From: Candidatus Sumerlaeaceae bacterium
GTDB taxonomy: Bacteria > Sumerlaeota > Sumerlaeia > Sumerlaeales > Sumerlaeaceae
Assembly: GCA_049968255.1 (NCBI GenBank)
Contig: JBMFRB010000001.1
Span: 256,001-320,000, forward strand
Length of the DNA stretch: 64,000 nucleotides
Reading direction: 5' to 3'
A model generated the notes under the pieces. It was not told the DNA's origin. It made no database searches and saw only the letters and a program-made list of their open reading frames with translations. The translations under genes were made by a program, and so were the position numbers. The first letter of the stretch is position 1. Each line of letters starts with the position of its first letter. This document shows positions 1-9,706 of the stretch, piece by piece.

Positions 1-262
1 GCACTAAAATACGAGTGCGCAGGTAAACGCATTCGCCTTGATGACTTGCTTAGCACGGTGGCACGCGTTGGCGCCTGTACGCTCTCAGAAAGACCCACGC
101 GTTTGCTCACCGGCCGGTAAAATTTTCAGCAAGTAAGTGTGGTGCGATCTGATCCCTGTTGCTCTCACGGTCGGAATCTGCTTTGGAAGCCACCTGGCTT
201 CTCTTGTTTCTGCCAAGAGAAAAGCTGATGCGGCGCCGCGTGAGGAGCGCTTCTATGGTTTT

Positions 263-2794
263 TTAGCACGGTGGCTCAATAGGGTTAATGTGCCATATGT
301 TCTCGGCGTACTCTCGGATCGAACGATCGCTGCTGAAGCGTCCCATCCGTGCCACGTTGAGAATCGCTTTCTTTACCCACTGGTCCTGGCGAGTGTAGAG
401 CTGCGCTGCACGCTGGCTCACCAACAGATACTGTTCGAAATCCGCCAGCAAGAAATAGCGGTCGCCTTGATTGAGCAGGGAGTTGAAAATCCAGTGGAAC
501 ATCGGGGCATTGCGATGGAAAAGGCGCTCCGAATTGAAGCAATCCATAACCCGACGTATTGCAGCATTCGAGTGATAGAGCTGCCACGGATCGTAGTTGG
601 GTCGCAAGGCGTCGAGCTCCTCGGCACGATGGCCAAACAGAAAGACGTTGTCCTGGCCGACAGCTTCGATGATTTCAATGTTGCCGCCATCATAAGTGCA
701 GACCGTGAGGGCGCCATTCATGGCGAATTTCATATTGCTCGTGCCACATGCTTCGGTGCCGGCCGTCGAGATCTGCTCGCTGATGTCGGCGGCAGGAATG
801 ATCTTTTCGGCAAGCGACACGCGGTAGTCGGGCACGAAGACGACTTTGAGTCGCCCTTTGACGCGCGGATCGTTATTAACGACCTGTGCCAACTCATTTA
901 TTAGCTTGATAATTTGTTTTGCGGCCCAATAGCCTGGCGCTGCTTTGCCGCCAAAAATAAGCGTGCGAGGCACAGGCGGCTCAATGCGGTCCTCGATGAT
1001 GCACAGATACTCGTGGATTGCACGCATCACCATAAGAAGCTGGCGCTTGTACTCGTGAATTCGTTTCACGATCACATCGAACTGGCTCGATGGGTCAACG
1101 TCCACGCCGGTGGTTTCTTTGATGACGCGTGCTAGGCGTTCCTTGTTGTGGCGCTTGACCGTCGCGAAGCGCTGTCGGAAGGAGCGATCCTCGGCAAAGG
1201 GTTCGATGTCACGCAGTTTCTCGAGGTCAGTTATCCAGCCGTCGCCAATTGTATCGCTCAGCAAGCTGGCCAGGCCCGGGTTGGCCTTGAGTAGCCACCG
1301 ACGTTGCGTTACCCCATTTGTGACGTTGAAGAACTTGTCTGGCCAAAGCTCGTAAAAATCCGGTACAAGGCGAGATTTTACCAGATTGCTGTGGAGTCTG
1401 GCCACACCGTTGACTTTGCGGCTACCGATGATGGCAAGATTTGCCATCCGGACGAAACGCTTGCCGTTGTGCTCTTCGAAAACACTCATCCGATGCAGGC
1501 GCGAGACGTCGTTGGGCCAACGACGTTTCACCTGCTCAAGGAAGCGACGGTTGATCTCCTGAATGATGAGCAGATGCCGTGGCAGGACGCGAAGCAAAAG
1601 TTCTTCCGGCCATTTTTCTAGTGCCTCTGGCATGAGGGTGTGATTCGTGTAGCCAAAGGTGGCTTCGGTGATTTCCCATGCTTTCGTCCATGGCAGACGG
1701 TGTTCGTCGAGAAGCAAACGCATAAGTTCGGCGATGGCCAGAGTCGGGTGGGTGTCGTTGAGTTGAATCGCCACTTTCTGGGGGAATTCGTCAAATGTTG
1801 CATGGCGACGCAGGTACCGCCGGACGATGTCGCGAATGGCACATGCCACAAAGAAATACTCTTGCAGCAAGCGCAGCTCGCGGCCTGCGTCCACAGCATC
1901 GGAGGGATAGAGAACCTTGGAGATGTTCTCTGTAGCAATTTTCTCGACGACGGCTTCCATGTAGTTGCCTTCGTTAAACCGCTGGAAGTCAAATTCCTCC
2001 GATGCTTTCGCGGTGTAGAGGCGGAGATAGTTGACCGTTTGTGCTCCGTAGCCGACGATAAGCATGTCCGACGGTACACCAATAATGTGCTTGCAGCCGG
2101 CCCAAACAACCCGGGGTGTGCCATGCTCATCCTGGATGTGCGTGATGTGGCCGTAGAGAGGCACGCGAACGGATTCATCTGAGCGGTCAATGAGCCATGG
2201 GCTCGGGCGCGAGCGCCATGCATCGGGTGCTTCCACCTGGAAACCGTCCTTAATCTCTTGGCGAAAGAGGCCATACTCGTAGTTGATGCCGTAGCCAAAG
2301 CCCGGCATGTTCATGGTGGCCAGCGAATCGAGGAAACAAGCAGCTAGCCGCCCGAGTCCCCCGTTGCCCAAAGCAGCATCGCGCTCGGTTTCTCGGATTT
2401 CCTCGAGGTCGTAGCCAAGTGATTCGAGAGCGTCGCGGCATAGCGCGTCGATACCAAGATTTGTCAGGTTGTTGCCAAGTGAGCGGCCGACGAGGAATTC
2501 CATCGAGAGGTAGTAAACCCGTTTGGCATCAGCCTTGAAGAATCGCTGCTCGGTGTCGAGGAGCCGCTCAACCAGAAGGTCGCGAACGGCCAAGGAAACG
2601 GCCATCAGCATATTTTCAAGGCTGAGGGTAGCCCATTCTTTAGCTAAGGTGTAGCGCACGTGGCGCTTCACTTGCTCGAGAAATTCCTCTGGCGTCGTCA
2701 CACGGTAGGGCTCCACCCACCCCGGATCGCGTTCTTGGGAACACTCCGGTGCGAGATCGTGCTGTTCCATATCAGGTACCTTTTCCACAGGCAT
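263..2794 (-). CDS. glgP: Glycogen/starch phosphorylase
   Basis: Motifs LGNGGLGRLAACFLDS, QLNDTHP, KRIHEYKRQLL and PLP-binding EACGTSNMK. ATG at 2794 has a GGGAG RBS; the ORF track starts at TTG 2800. Confidence 0.96.
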   Translation of the reverse strand: MPVEKVPDMEQHDLAPECSQERDPGWVEPYRVTTPEEFLEQVKRHVRYTLAKEWATLSLENMLMAVSLAVRDLLVERLLDTEQRFFKADAKRVYYLSMEFLVGRSLGNNLTNLGIDALCRDALESLGYDLEEIRETERDAALGNGGLGRLAACFLDSLATMNMPGFGYGINYEYGLFRQEIKDGFQVEAPDAWRSRPSPWLIDRSDESVRVPLYGHITHIQDEHGTPRVVWAGCKHIIGVPSDMLIVGYGAQTVNYLRLYTAKASEEFDFQRFNEGNYMEAVVEKIATENISKVLYPSDAVDAGRELRLLQEYFFVACAIRDIVRRYLRRHATFDEFPQKVAIQLNDTHPTLAIAELMRLLLDEHRLPWTKAWEITEATFGYTNHTLMPEALEKWPEELLLRVLPRHLLIIQEINRRFLEQVKRRWPNDVSRLHRMSVFEEHNGKRFVRMANLAIIGSRKVNGVARLHSNLVKSRLVPDFYELWPDKFFNVTNGVTQRRWLLKANPGLASLLSDTIGDGWITDLEKLRDIEPFAEDRSFRQRFATVKRHNKERLARVIKETTGVDVDPSSQFDVIVKRIHEYKRQLLMVMRAIHEYLCIIEDRIEPPVPRTLIFGGKAAPGYWAAKQIIKLINELAQVVNNDPRVKGRLKVVFVPDYRVSLAEKIIPAADISEQISTAGTEACGTSNMKFAMNGALTVCTYDGGNIEIIEAVGQDNVFLFGHRAEELDALRPNYDPWQLYHSNAAIRRVMDCFNSERLFHRNAPMFHWIFNSLLNQGDRYFLLADFEQYLLVSQRAAQLYTRQDQWVKKAILNVARMGRFSSDRSIREYAENIWHINPIEPPC

Positions 2795-2860
2795 TTGCAA
2801 ATACTCCCATATCGCTCTTCTGTTAGTACGGAAAAGAAGTGTTGGGGATTCAACCCCAAT

Positions 2861-2874
2861 TTAGAGCGCTCTAA
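2861..2874. promoter_or_regulatory. Putative LacI-family operator
   Basis: Perfect 14-bp palindrome TTAGAGCGCTCTAA with central CG, about 67 bp upstream of the glgP start. Confidence 0.5.
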
Positions 2875-2935
2875 CCAAACTCCGGGATACTCGAGAAGCT
2901 TTGGCGAGACATCTTGTGAAGTAACAGAATCCAAC

Positions 2936-4237
2936 CTATGATTTTGCAACGACTTGGCGTTGCGAGAACACCACTTCTCCCTCAACCAAGGTCATGACGA
3001 TGGCGCCGGTAAGTGTGGCGCCAAGCCATGGAGAATTGCAACTTTTCGAGAAAAAGAAGTCCGGAGTAACCTGAACCTCCTCCGCAAGATTCAACAAGAC
3101 GATATCGGCAGGGGCTCCCACACGCAGCGTTCCGCGAGGTTCGAGGCCGAGCACACGCGCTGGGCCGATCGTCAGCTTCTCGATGAGTTTTCCTAGGGGG
3201 ACCTGGCCTGATTTCACGAGGAATGTGTACAGGACGGGAAACGCCGTTTCCAGGCCGACCATGCCGTAGGGTGCGTCCACGAAGGGGAGGTCTTTCTCAA
3301 TGTCTGTGTGGGGAGCGTGATCGGTGGCAATGCAATCAATCGTGTCGTCGAGGAGCGCCGCCACAAGAGCTTCACGGTCCTCGGCCTCGCCGATCGGTGG
3401 ATTAACCTTTAGATTAGTATCGAATGATTCCAATGCTGCATCGGTGAGCGTCAGGTGATGGGGCGTCACTTCTGCAGTCACGCGCACCCCATCTGCTTTG
3501 GCCCTGCGGATGTGGGGCAGGGATTGCCGCTTGGAGACGTGCATGATGTGTAAACGGCCGCCAGTAAATGCGGCCAATTCTACATCTCGCGCAACCATAA
3601 CGCTTTCGGCCAACGCGGGGATGCCTTTCAGGCCAAGTTTGGTCGAATAATACCCCTCATGGACCACGCCCTCGCCGGCAAGGTGGAGATCTTCGCAATG
3701 GTCAAGAATGGGGACGTCGAACATGGCCGAATATTCGAGCGCGCGCCGCATGATCTCGGCGTTCATGATAGGATGCCCGTCGTCGGTAAAACCGCGGGCA
3801 CCGTAGTGAACGAGATCACCGAACTCGACAATCTCTTCTCCTTGCTGGCCGCGGGTGACGGCTGCGTAGGGAATAACGTGGACGACGGCGTCGGATTCGG
3901 CGCGCGCAAGGATAAACTTGAGCCCGGTTTGCGAGTCAATAACGGGACACGTGTTGGGAATGGCGCACACCGTCGTGAAGCCGCCTGCCGCGGCCGCGCG
4001 CGTGCCCGAGGCAATGGTTTCCTTGTCCTCGCGACCAGGCTCGCGCAGGTGGGTATGCAAATCAATGAAGCCCGGGCAGGCAATAAGGCCGGTCGCGTCG
4101 AGGATGTCGGCTTGCGCGGCATTCGGGGGAACACCGACGTGCTCGATGACGCCGTCACTGATGACGATTGAGGCGATTTCGTCTCGACCTGTGGCTGGGT
4201 CAATGACCCGTGCATTGCGGATTATAAGTTTAGCCAT
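2936..4237 (-). CDS. pyrC: Dihydroorotase (class I)
   Basis: PGFIDLHTHLREPG, FTDDG, EVTPHHL, IATDHAPH, GMVGLET motifs. Confidence 0.93.
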   Translation of the reverse strand: MAKLIIRNARVIDPATGRDEIASIVISDGVIEHVGVPPNAAQADILDATGLIACPGFIDLHTHLREPGREDKETIASGTRAAAAGGFTTVCAIPNTCPVIDSQTGLKFILARAESDAVVHVIPYAAVTRGQQGEEIVEFGDLVHYGARGFTDDGHPIMNAEIMRRALEYSAMFDVPILDHCEDLHLAGEGVVHEGYYSTKLGLKGIPALAESVMVARDVELAAFTGGRLHIMHVSKRQSLPHIRRAKADGVRVTAEVTPHHLTLTDAALESFDTNLKVNPPIGEAEDREALVAALLDDTIDCIATDHAPHTDIEKDLPFVDAPYGMVGLETAFPVLYTFLVKSGQVPLGKLIEKLTIGPARVLGLEPRGTLRVGAPADIVLLNLAEEVQVTPDFFFSKSCNSPWLGATLTGAIVMTLVEGEVVFSQRQVVAKS

Positions 4238-4326
4238 GTCGAGAGAAGGAGCTTGCTATGCAAAACATCGGGCGCAAGAAGTTTTTTCAGCCGTTTTGTC
4301 TTTTGTTCCCCACGGCCATGCATGAC

Positions 4327-4542
4327 TCAGCGGTTGCCGTTGTTTTTCGCGAGGGCGCCTTGCCAATCAAAGCGATAAAGCGGACAACTGCCATTACCCA
4401 GATAACGTTCTTTCTCTGGATGGCTGCACAAGGCGCGCCCTAGCTCGGCGTCCTTCACCCCTTCGAAAAAATAGCAGTCTTTCAGCCGGCACGTGACCAG
4501 AAGCGGAGTCTGGCGTTTCAATGTCTTTGCGTCGTTAGTCAT
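4327..4542 (-). CDS. Small Cys/His-rich hypothetical protein
   Basis: 71-aa ATG ORF filling the gap upstream of pyrC on the same strand; four Cys plus one His (CRLKDC, CSHP, CPLY). Confidence 0.6.
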   Translation of the reverse strand: MTNDAKTLKRQTPLLVTCRLKDCYFFEGVKDAELGRALCSHPEKERYLGNGSCPLYRFDWQGALAKNNGNR

Positions 4543-4848
4543 CTTACCATTCTGTTCGTGGACAAGTATAGTTCCTGTTTGAAATGCCGACTACTTACTA
4601 CTCATGCTTTTGTCCCTCGTCTGGTGGGCGCGTGCCCGACCCCGTAACGGAAAGAGGCTTCGGCAGGATCCGCGCTTAGGTCGCGAATAGCTGCGGCATG
4701 TACCTGTAAATACGCACGGCCAATGAGCTACCATCGGTGAGGTGTTTTGTCATTTCTTGGGAAACGTGGGAAGCGCCTCAGAGAATGCGGCACGAAACTC
4801 TTAGCCTCTCGCGATGGTAAGCAATACAGCATGTGGAGAGAAAGTACG

Positions 4849-5163
4849 ATGGATGCCATTTTGCGCTATGGCAGCACCCAATATAAGGTAAGCACCGGAC
4901 AGACGTTGAAACTTCCGCTATTGGACGTGGAAGTGGGCAGTCGCGTGGAACTCGATGATGTTCTCCAGGTCAAGAAGGACAACGGCGAGGCTGTGTTCGG
5001 CCGTCCGACGGTGGAAGGCGCGACAGTTGTGGCCAAGGTTTTGCGGCATGGCAAGGACCGCAAGATTCTCGTCTATACGTTCAAGCGGCGCAAAGGCTAC
5101 GAAAAACGCCGTGGCCACCGCCAACCGTACACTGAAGTGCTGATCGAAAACATTAAACTTTGA
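4849..5163 (+). CDS. rplU: 50S ribosomal protein L21
   Basis: QYKV...GRPTVEGATV...KRRKGYEKRRGHRQPYT; ATG 4849 preceded by GGAG. Confidence 0.96.
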   Translation: MDAILRYGSTQYKVSTGQTLKLPLLDVEVGSRVELDDVLQVKKDNGEAVFGRPTVEGATVVAKVLRHGKDRKILVYTFKRRKGYEKRRGHRQPYTEVLIENIKL

Positions 5164-5220
5164 TACCAATCATTTCCCGTGGGCACAAGCCCAACCGAAC
5201 CTTAGTCGAGGGTAGAATCA

Positions 5221-5490
5221 ATGGCACATAAGAAGGGCGTAGGAAGCTCAAGAAATGGTCGCGACAGCAACTCGAAACGTCTGGGCTGCAAGGCTTTTGG
5301 CGGCGAGTTCGTCAAAGGCGGCAGCATCATCGTCCGTCAGCGTGGCACGCGTGTGCATCCAGGACCAAACGTCGGGCTGGGCCGCGATTATACGTTGTTT
5401 GCGAAAGTGAGCGGAATCGTAGAGTTCTACGAGCGAGCAGGGAAAAAGTTTGTGGCAGTGAAGCCCGCAGATGCTCCTGCTGCAGTGTAA
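5221..5490 (+). CDS. rpmA: 50S ribosomal protein L27
   Basis: [22 protein letters not shown]...IIVRQRGT. Confidence 0.98.
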   Translation: MAHKKGVGSSRNGRDSNSKRLGCKAFGGEFVKGGSIIVRQRGTRVHPGPNVGLGRDYTLFAKVSGIVEFYERAGKKFVAVKPADAPAAV

Positions 5491-5524
5491 CGGCTGTACG
5501 TTACCATAAACATTGCAACTTGCG

Positions 5525-5557
5525 AAAACGGCTGCAGTGTACTATGCAGCCGTTTTT
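5525..5557 (+). terminator. Intrinsic terminator of rplU-rpmA
   Basis: AAAACGGCTGCA-8 nt loop-TGCAGCCGTTTTT hairpin with T-tract. Confidence 0.75.
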
Positions 5558-5596
5558 CATTCGAGTTTGAGCAAGAGAGTATATGCTGTGAATGCA

Positions 5597-6106
5597 ATGC
5601 GTGGGCGATATCCGTTCCTTGACCCTGTGCGGGGCGAGCTGCTAAAAGCCAAGTGGATTTGGGTCGCTTGCTGCTTCAGTCCTATCATTTACTTCTTTCT
5701 GGCTCGCGCTGTAGAAGTCTGGTCGTTCCGCGATGCAGCTAAAAGTGGGCTTGTCGGTTTAGATCCAGAAAACAGAGACAGGGCTGCAAAGGCATTTTTT
5801 TTGTTTGCGGTGTCCCTGGAAGCGGCGGTGTTAAGCCTTCGGCATTGGTTCAATCGGCGGGCGCGAAGTGGGACAACAACGTTGCAAGAAGTGATGTCGC
5901 TCTACCTAAAACGCACAATTGTGCTTTTGGCCGTGAGCGAGTGCGCCGTGCTCGGCGGCTTTGTCTATTTTCTGCTCTTTGGCGACATGAGAGCATTACT
6001 CATCGGCGGCGTGTTGACTTACCTTTATTATGCCCAAAGCTATCCGAGTGAGGAAGGGCTGGCGAGGCTTGCCGAACCCTTGCGACGAGCACGTGGTGGG
6101 GAGTGA
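5597..6106 (+). CDS. Hypothetical membrane protein (about 4 TM)
   Basis: Several hydrophobic segments. Start moved to ATG 5597 because the longer ORF (5513) overlaps the rpmA terminator. Confidence 0.7.
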   Translation: MRGRYPFLDPVRGELLKAKWIWVACCFSPIIYFFLARAVEVWSFRDAAKSGLVGLDPENRDRAAKAFFLFAVSLEAAVLSLRHWFNRRARSGTTTLQEVMSLYLKRTIVLLAVSECAVLGGFVYFLLFGDMRALLIGGVLTYLYYAQSYPSEEGLARLAEPLRRARGGE

Positions 6107-6788
6107 TCTTCCGGGCTGCAGAATTGCACGGCCATTCCTCGCAAAGGCGCCGCCCCGAACAGGACTGATCTACCCGGTTTGTACGAAACGCGTCCTGGAA
6201 GGGAATCAGCCACATCTCGACGCGATTATTTCTCTCCGTGGTGTGATGAGATGTGTGTCGCGGCATGGCAGCGGACCGGCAAGTCTGATGTCGCCTACCT
6301 TTCTCAGGCACAGCAACGCGCAAGGATTTTCCTGAGGACGTGGGCACCAGAGCTCCGCGTGCTGAACAAAGGTAGGAAAAAGAGCCGGGCGAGCCCGAAA
6401 GCCAGCTCATGGGTGAATGGGGGAAAACAGCAGAAGGATTTCGTGAGGCGTTTGCTGAGTTCTTGCCGACGCTCCGTGCTGTTGCCCGCGACAAGTCGCA
6501 CAAACTTATAGCTGAACCGTGGGCAGAATGTTCTCCGCAACTTGGGGAAGAAAAGTAGCGCCCAGAGCGACGCCACTGTCTTCGTCGCTGACGGTCGTCA
6601 TGAGGCATGGTTTGCGCGCCTCGAATCTATTCATGTGACGCATCAGCCAAGCGCTGCTGAAATTTAGAAGCTTGCCTTGCGTCTTGCGTGCGCTTGATGT
6701 CCCCAAGGTTTTGCTGGAGGCAGTTTGAGCGCCACTATCGCAGTCACCGCTACGGCAGGTACGCTGCAGACCGTATGGAGGACGCTGT

Positions 6789-7799
6789 TCATTGTTTCGC
6801 TGCGCCACCAGTGGGTGAAACATCGACAGGACGTTTGAGAGCAGCTGAGTCAAGAACTGCCAACGCTAGCCGGACGGCTCGCGCCCCTTCTGTCAAGGGG
6901 ACTGGTGATGGGGTCCCATGAGCGACCGCAGCGATGAAGGCCTCGGCTTGGCGATCGTAAGGAGTGCGGCGCGTTGGCGAAAACGAAACTTCCTCCTCTC
7001 GACAGCAGTGAGCTGCTCCGCGGCGCTTGTAACTATAAGCAGGTGCACGGCGGGAATCAAAATCAAGAATCCCGTGGCTAGCTGCCAGTTCATAAAAATA
7101 ATAAAATGTATTTGGAGGCTCAGCCCAGCTAGCTTCCACGTGTATGAGCGCTCCATCAGCAAGCCTGCCCACTACTAAACACAGATCGTCGGCGAGTGAA
7201 CTTCCCAGTGAACGTCGCGCAAAGACATTGACGATCGGCCCTGCGGCCCACTCAGCAAAATCGAGGTCGTGAATCATCATATCGAGCACTGCTCCCCCAC
7301 TCTTTTCAAAATCAAATAGCCAGTGATTGGACGGTAAATCGAATCCGGCACACCGGCCGAGACGCAGAACACCAAGTTGCCCCAACTGGCGCTCGATCAA
7401 CACCTTGCGCGCGTATTCATACTCAGGGAAGAAGCGAACTGTGTGCCCAACCATGAGCATTTTAGGATAGCCGGCGAAAAGCGCCTCGATGCGCCTAAGC
7501 TCAGCTTCCGTCCGGACTAACGGCTTTTCGCATAAGACGTGCACTCCGGTCTCGTGAGCTTTTTCCAAAAGCTCAGCATGCGTGTGGGTTGGCGTGGCAA
7601 TGACCACCACGTCCAGGTGCATATCGCCAAAAAACTCATCCAGCGTGCGTGCACAACGGGCCCCGTGCAGATCAGCCAAATGCGAAGACGATTGCTCGGG
7701 AGCGTACACAGCAGAGATCTTTGCCTTTCCAGTGCGGGCAAATGCAGCAGCATGGATGCGCCCCAGATTGCCGGCTCCCAGAATCCCAACACGAAGCAT
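6789..7799 (-). CDS. Gfo/Idh/MocA family oxidoreductase
   Basis: RVGILGAGNLG Rossmann motif, HVLCEKP, SGGAVLDMMIHDLD. Confidence 0.92.
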   Translation of the reverse strand: MLRVGILGAGNLGRIHAAAFARTGKAKISAVYAPEQSSSHLADLHGARCARTLDEFFGDMHLDVVVIATPTHTHAELLEKAHETGVHVLCEKPLVRTEAELRRIEALFAGYPKMLMVGHTVRFFPEYEYARKVLIERQLGQLGVLRLGRCAGFDLPSNHWLFDFEKSGGAVLDMMIHDLDFAEWAAGPIVNVFARRSLGSSLADDLCLVVGRLADGALIHVEASWAEPPNTFYYFYELAASHGILDFDSRRAPAYSYKRRGAAHCCREEEVSFSPTRRTPYDRQAEAFIAAVAHGTPSPVPLTEGARAVRLALAVLDSAALKRPVDVSPTGGAAKQ

Positions 7800-7963
7800 G
7801 GTGGTTTCTCCATTGGGCACCCAGAAATGATCAAACAAAACCGACAAGATCCTGAAGTCAGAAATGTGTCAAGCTAGGAGCCAACGCCTAGGAGGCAGAC
7901 AAGAGACTGGTCAGCGGTAAATGTCTTGATTGAAGGAGGCAAAAACGTCCATGCCCTTAGCGC

Positions 7964-9043
7964 ATGATCAAACCAACAAAATGGAAGCGAAGCGGCGCTT
8001 GGCGTTTTTCCAATCACGGCCGCATGGCCTGGCAGCTTCTGCTCCGCATGGCAGTCAGCGCTATTTTGCTCACATGGATTTTCACGCGCCAGGCCGACCT
8101 GGCTGGTGCGTTGCGTGTGCTGCAGGGGGCAATGCCTTCTTTTTTGGCACTTGGATTTGCGCTTTTTTTTGTCGGTGAGCTGCTCACGGTTTACAAATGG
8201 CAAATCCTTTTGCGTACTGTGGGGGTACGTTGCGGCTTTCTCGACCTCACACGCGCAATGCTCATTGGTGAGTTCTACAGCATGTTTCTTCCCACGTCGG
8301 TAGGTGGCGACGTCTGCCGCATCGCACTTACACGGTCGGCTGCGGGCAGCACATCGGTGGCGGCGAGCGCAGCCCTCATGCAGCGAAACACAGGCATGGG
8401 TGGTTTATTGGTCCTTGCGCTTGTCGCGACATCGTTCGTCGACACGCGCTTTGGCCTATTCAGCGGCCCTTTGGCTGTGTTCGACAGGCTCATAACGTGG
8501 TTTGCGCTCATCGCATTGGTTTACATGGCCATCAACATTGTGCTGCTGTCAGAAAAAGCACGCGTGCTGCTGTGGTGCCGCTTGGCTAAACCAGCAGCGC
8601 ATCTTCCCTTGCTAGGGAGGCTGATTCGGTTCGCCGATGATTTCCACGTTGCCACGCGAAATATGCGCCTCGTTTTCCCGGCTGCGCTGCTGCTCTCGAT
8701 GCTCACTCAGTTCCTCGACTGCCTCATGGGTTGGTGTGCTGGTCAGGCGATCAGTGCCAGACTCTCCGTCGCGCAGGCATGTGTCTTTGTGCCGGCCGCC
8801 ACACTCATAGCCCTCTTGCCGTTTTCGGTGAACGGCATCGGGCTTCGCGAAGTTGCCTATTTGACACTGACATCCCAAGCTGGCTTGAGCAAAGAACAGG
8901 CAGTGGCACTCGGCACGATTCACTTCGCCTGCCTGGTAGGGCTGGCGCTCATTGGAGGAATTTGGCAGCTTCTTTCGCCGGCAATCGTCGCACGGGAAAA
9001 CGATAAATGCGCAGGGCGCGGGGCTGACACGTCAGCGCCGTAA
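7964..9043 (+). CDS. Lysylphosphatidylglycerol-synthase TM (flippase-like) membrane protein
   Basis: FLPTSVGGD and LPFSVNGIGLRE motifs; multiple TM helices. Confidence 0.85.
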   Translation: MIKPTKWKRSGAWRFSNHGRMAWQLLLRMAVSAILLTWIFTRQADLAGALRVLQGAMPSFLALGFALFFVGELLTVYKWQILLRTVGVRCGFLDLTRAMLIGEFYSMFLPTSVGGDVCRIALTRSAAGSTSVAASAALMQRNTGMGGLLVLALVATSFVDTRFGLFSGPLAVFDRLITWFALIALVYMAINIVLLSEKARVLLWCRLAKPAAHLPLLGRLIRFADDFHVATRNMRLVFPAALLLSMLTQFLDCLMGWCAGQAISARLSVAQACVFVPAATLIALLPFSVNGIGLREVAYLTLTSQAGLSKEQAVALGTIHFACLVGLALIGGIWQLLSPAIVARENDKCAGRGADTSAP

Positions 9044-9706
9044 GCGCGACGGGCCACTAACGGCGGGATGATTCCGTACATAAAAGCGCCACGGTAGGGT
9101 GGCATGCTCCTGGGCGTAGGCAATGTTGATGCGAGGCGACGTGCCGATTTCTTCGTTAGGCGCAAGCTCAGCGGGCACGAGGAAGAGCCGGTTGCCCCAG
9201 AGAGGTTCGCCATAGAGCGCACCGCTAATGCCCATAGCCTTGCACAGTTTGCCAGGACCTCGGCACAGAGAATGGAGTGTGGCATGCAGGGGGGCGTCGA
9301 GGCGTTGGCGCATGAGATCGACGCCAACGACCGGATCTAGCGCGCGCACGAGAACGGCCTGCGGCATTCCTATGGGGCCGCTGACAACGTTAAAGCACCA
9401 GTACATGCCATAAATGAGATAAATATAGGCGTGGCCTTTGGGACCAAACATCGCTCGGTTGCGCTCTGTCATACGGCCACCGAAGGAATGCGAACCCTTG
9501 TCCTCCGGGCCACAGTAAGCTTCCACTTCCACGATGCGTCCAGCGCAGGTGCCTTCGGGCGAACGGTGCACGAGCAAGGCTCCCAGCAGAGCACGGGCGA
9601 CGTCGAGGGTGGGCCGCTCGAAAAACTCGCGTGAGAAACGCTCGTCGAGCGCTCTATGATCAATGGGATAACTTCTGAGCATAATCGCGTAAACGCACTC
9701 GCGCAT
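9032..9706 (-). CDS. DNA-3-methyladenine glycosylase (MPG/AAG family)
   Basis: GRIVEVEAY, YIYLIYGMYWCFNVV, GPGKLCKAMGI, PWRF; true start may be ATG 9682. Confidence 0.93.
   Translation of the reverse strand: MRECVYAIMLRSYPIDHRALDERFSREFFERPTLDVARALLGALLVHRSPEGTCAGRIVEVEAYCGPEDKGSHSFGGRMTERNRAMFGPKGHAYIYLIYGMYWCFNVVSGPIGMPQAVLVRALDPVVGVDLMRQRLDAPLHATLHSLCRGPGKLCKAMGISGALYGEPLWGNRLFLVPAELAPNEEIGTSPRINIAYAQEHATLPWRFYVRNHPAVSGPSRLRR

Noticed and set aside
137-904. Long plus-strand ORF (and similar ones such as 19881-20600, 29816-30475, 36374-37129)
   Set aside because: Antisense shadows of well-supported genes in GC-rich DNA, with no recognisable motifs.
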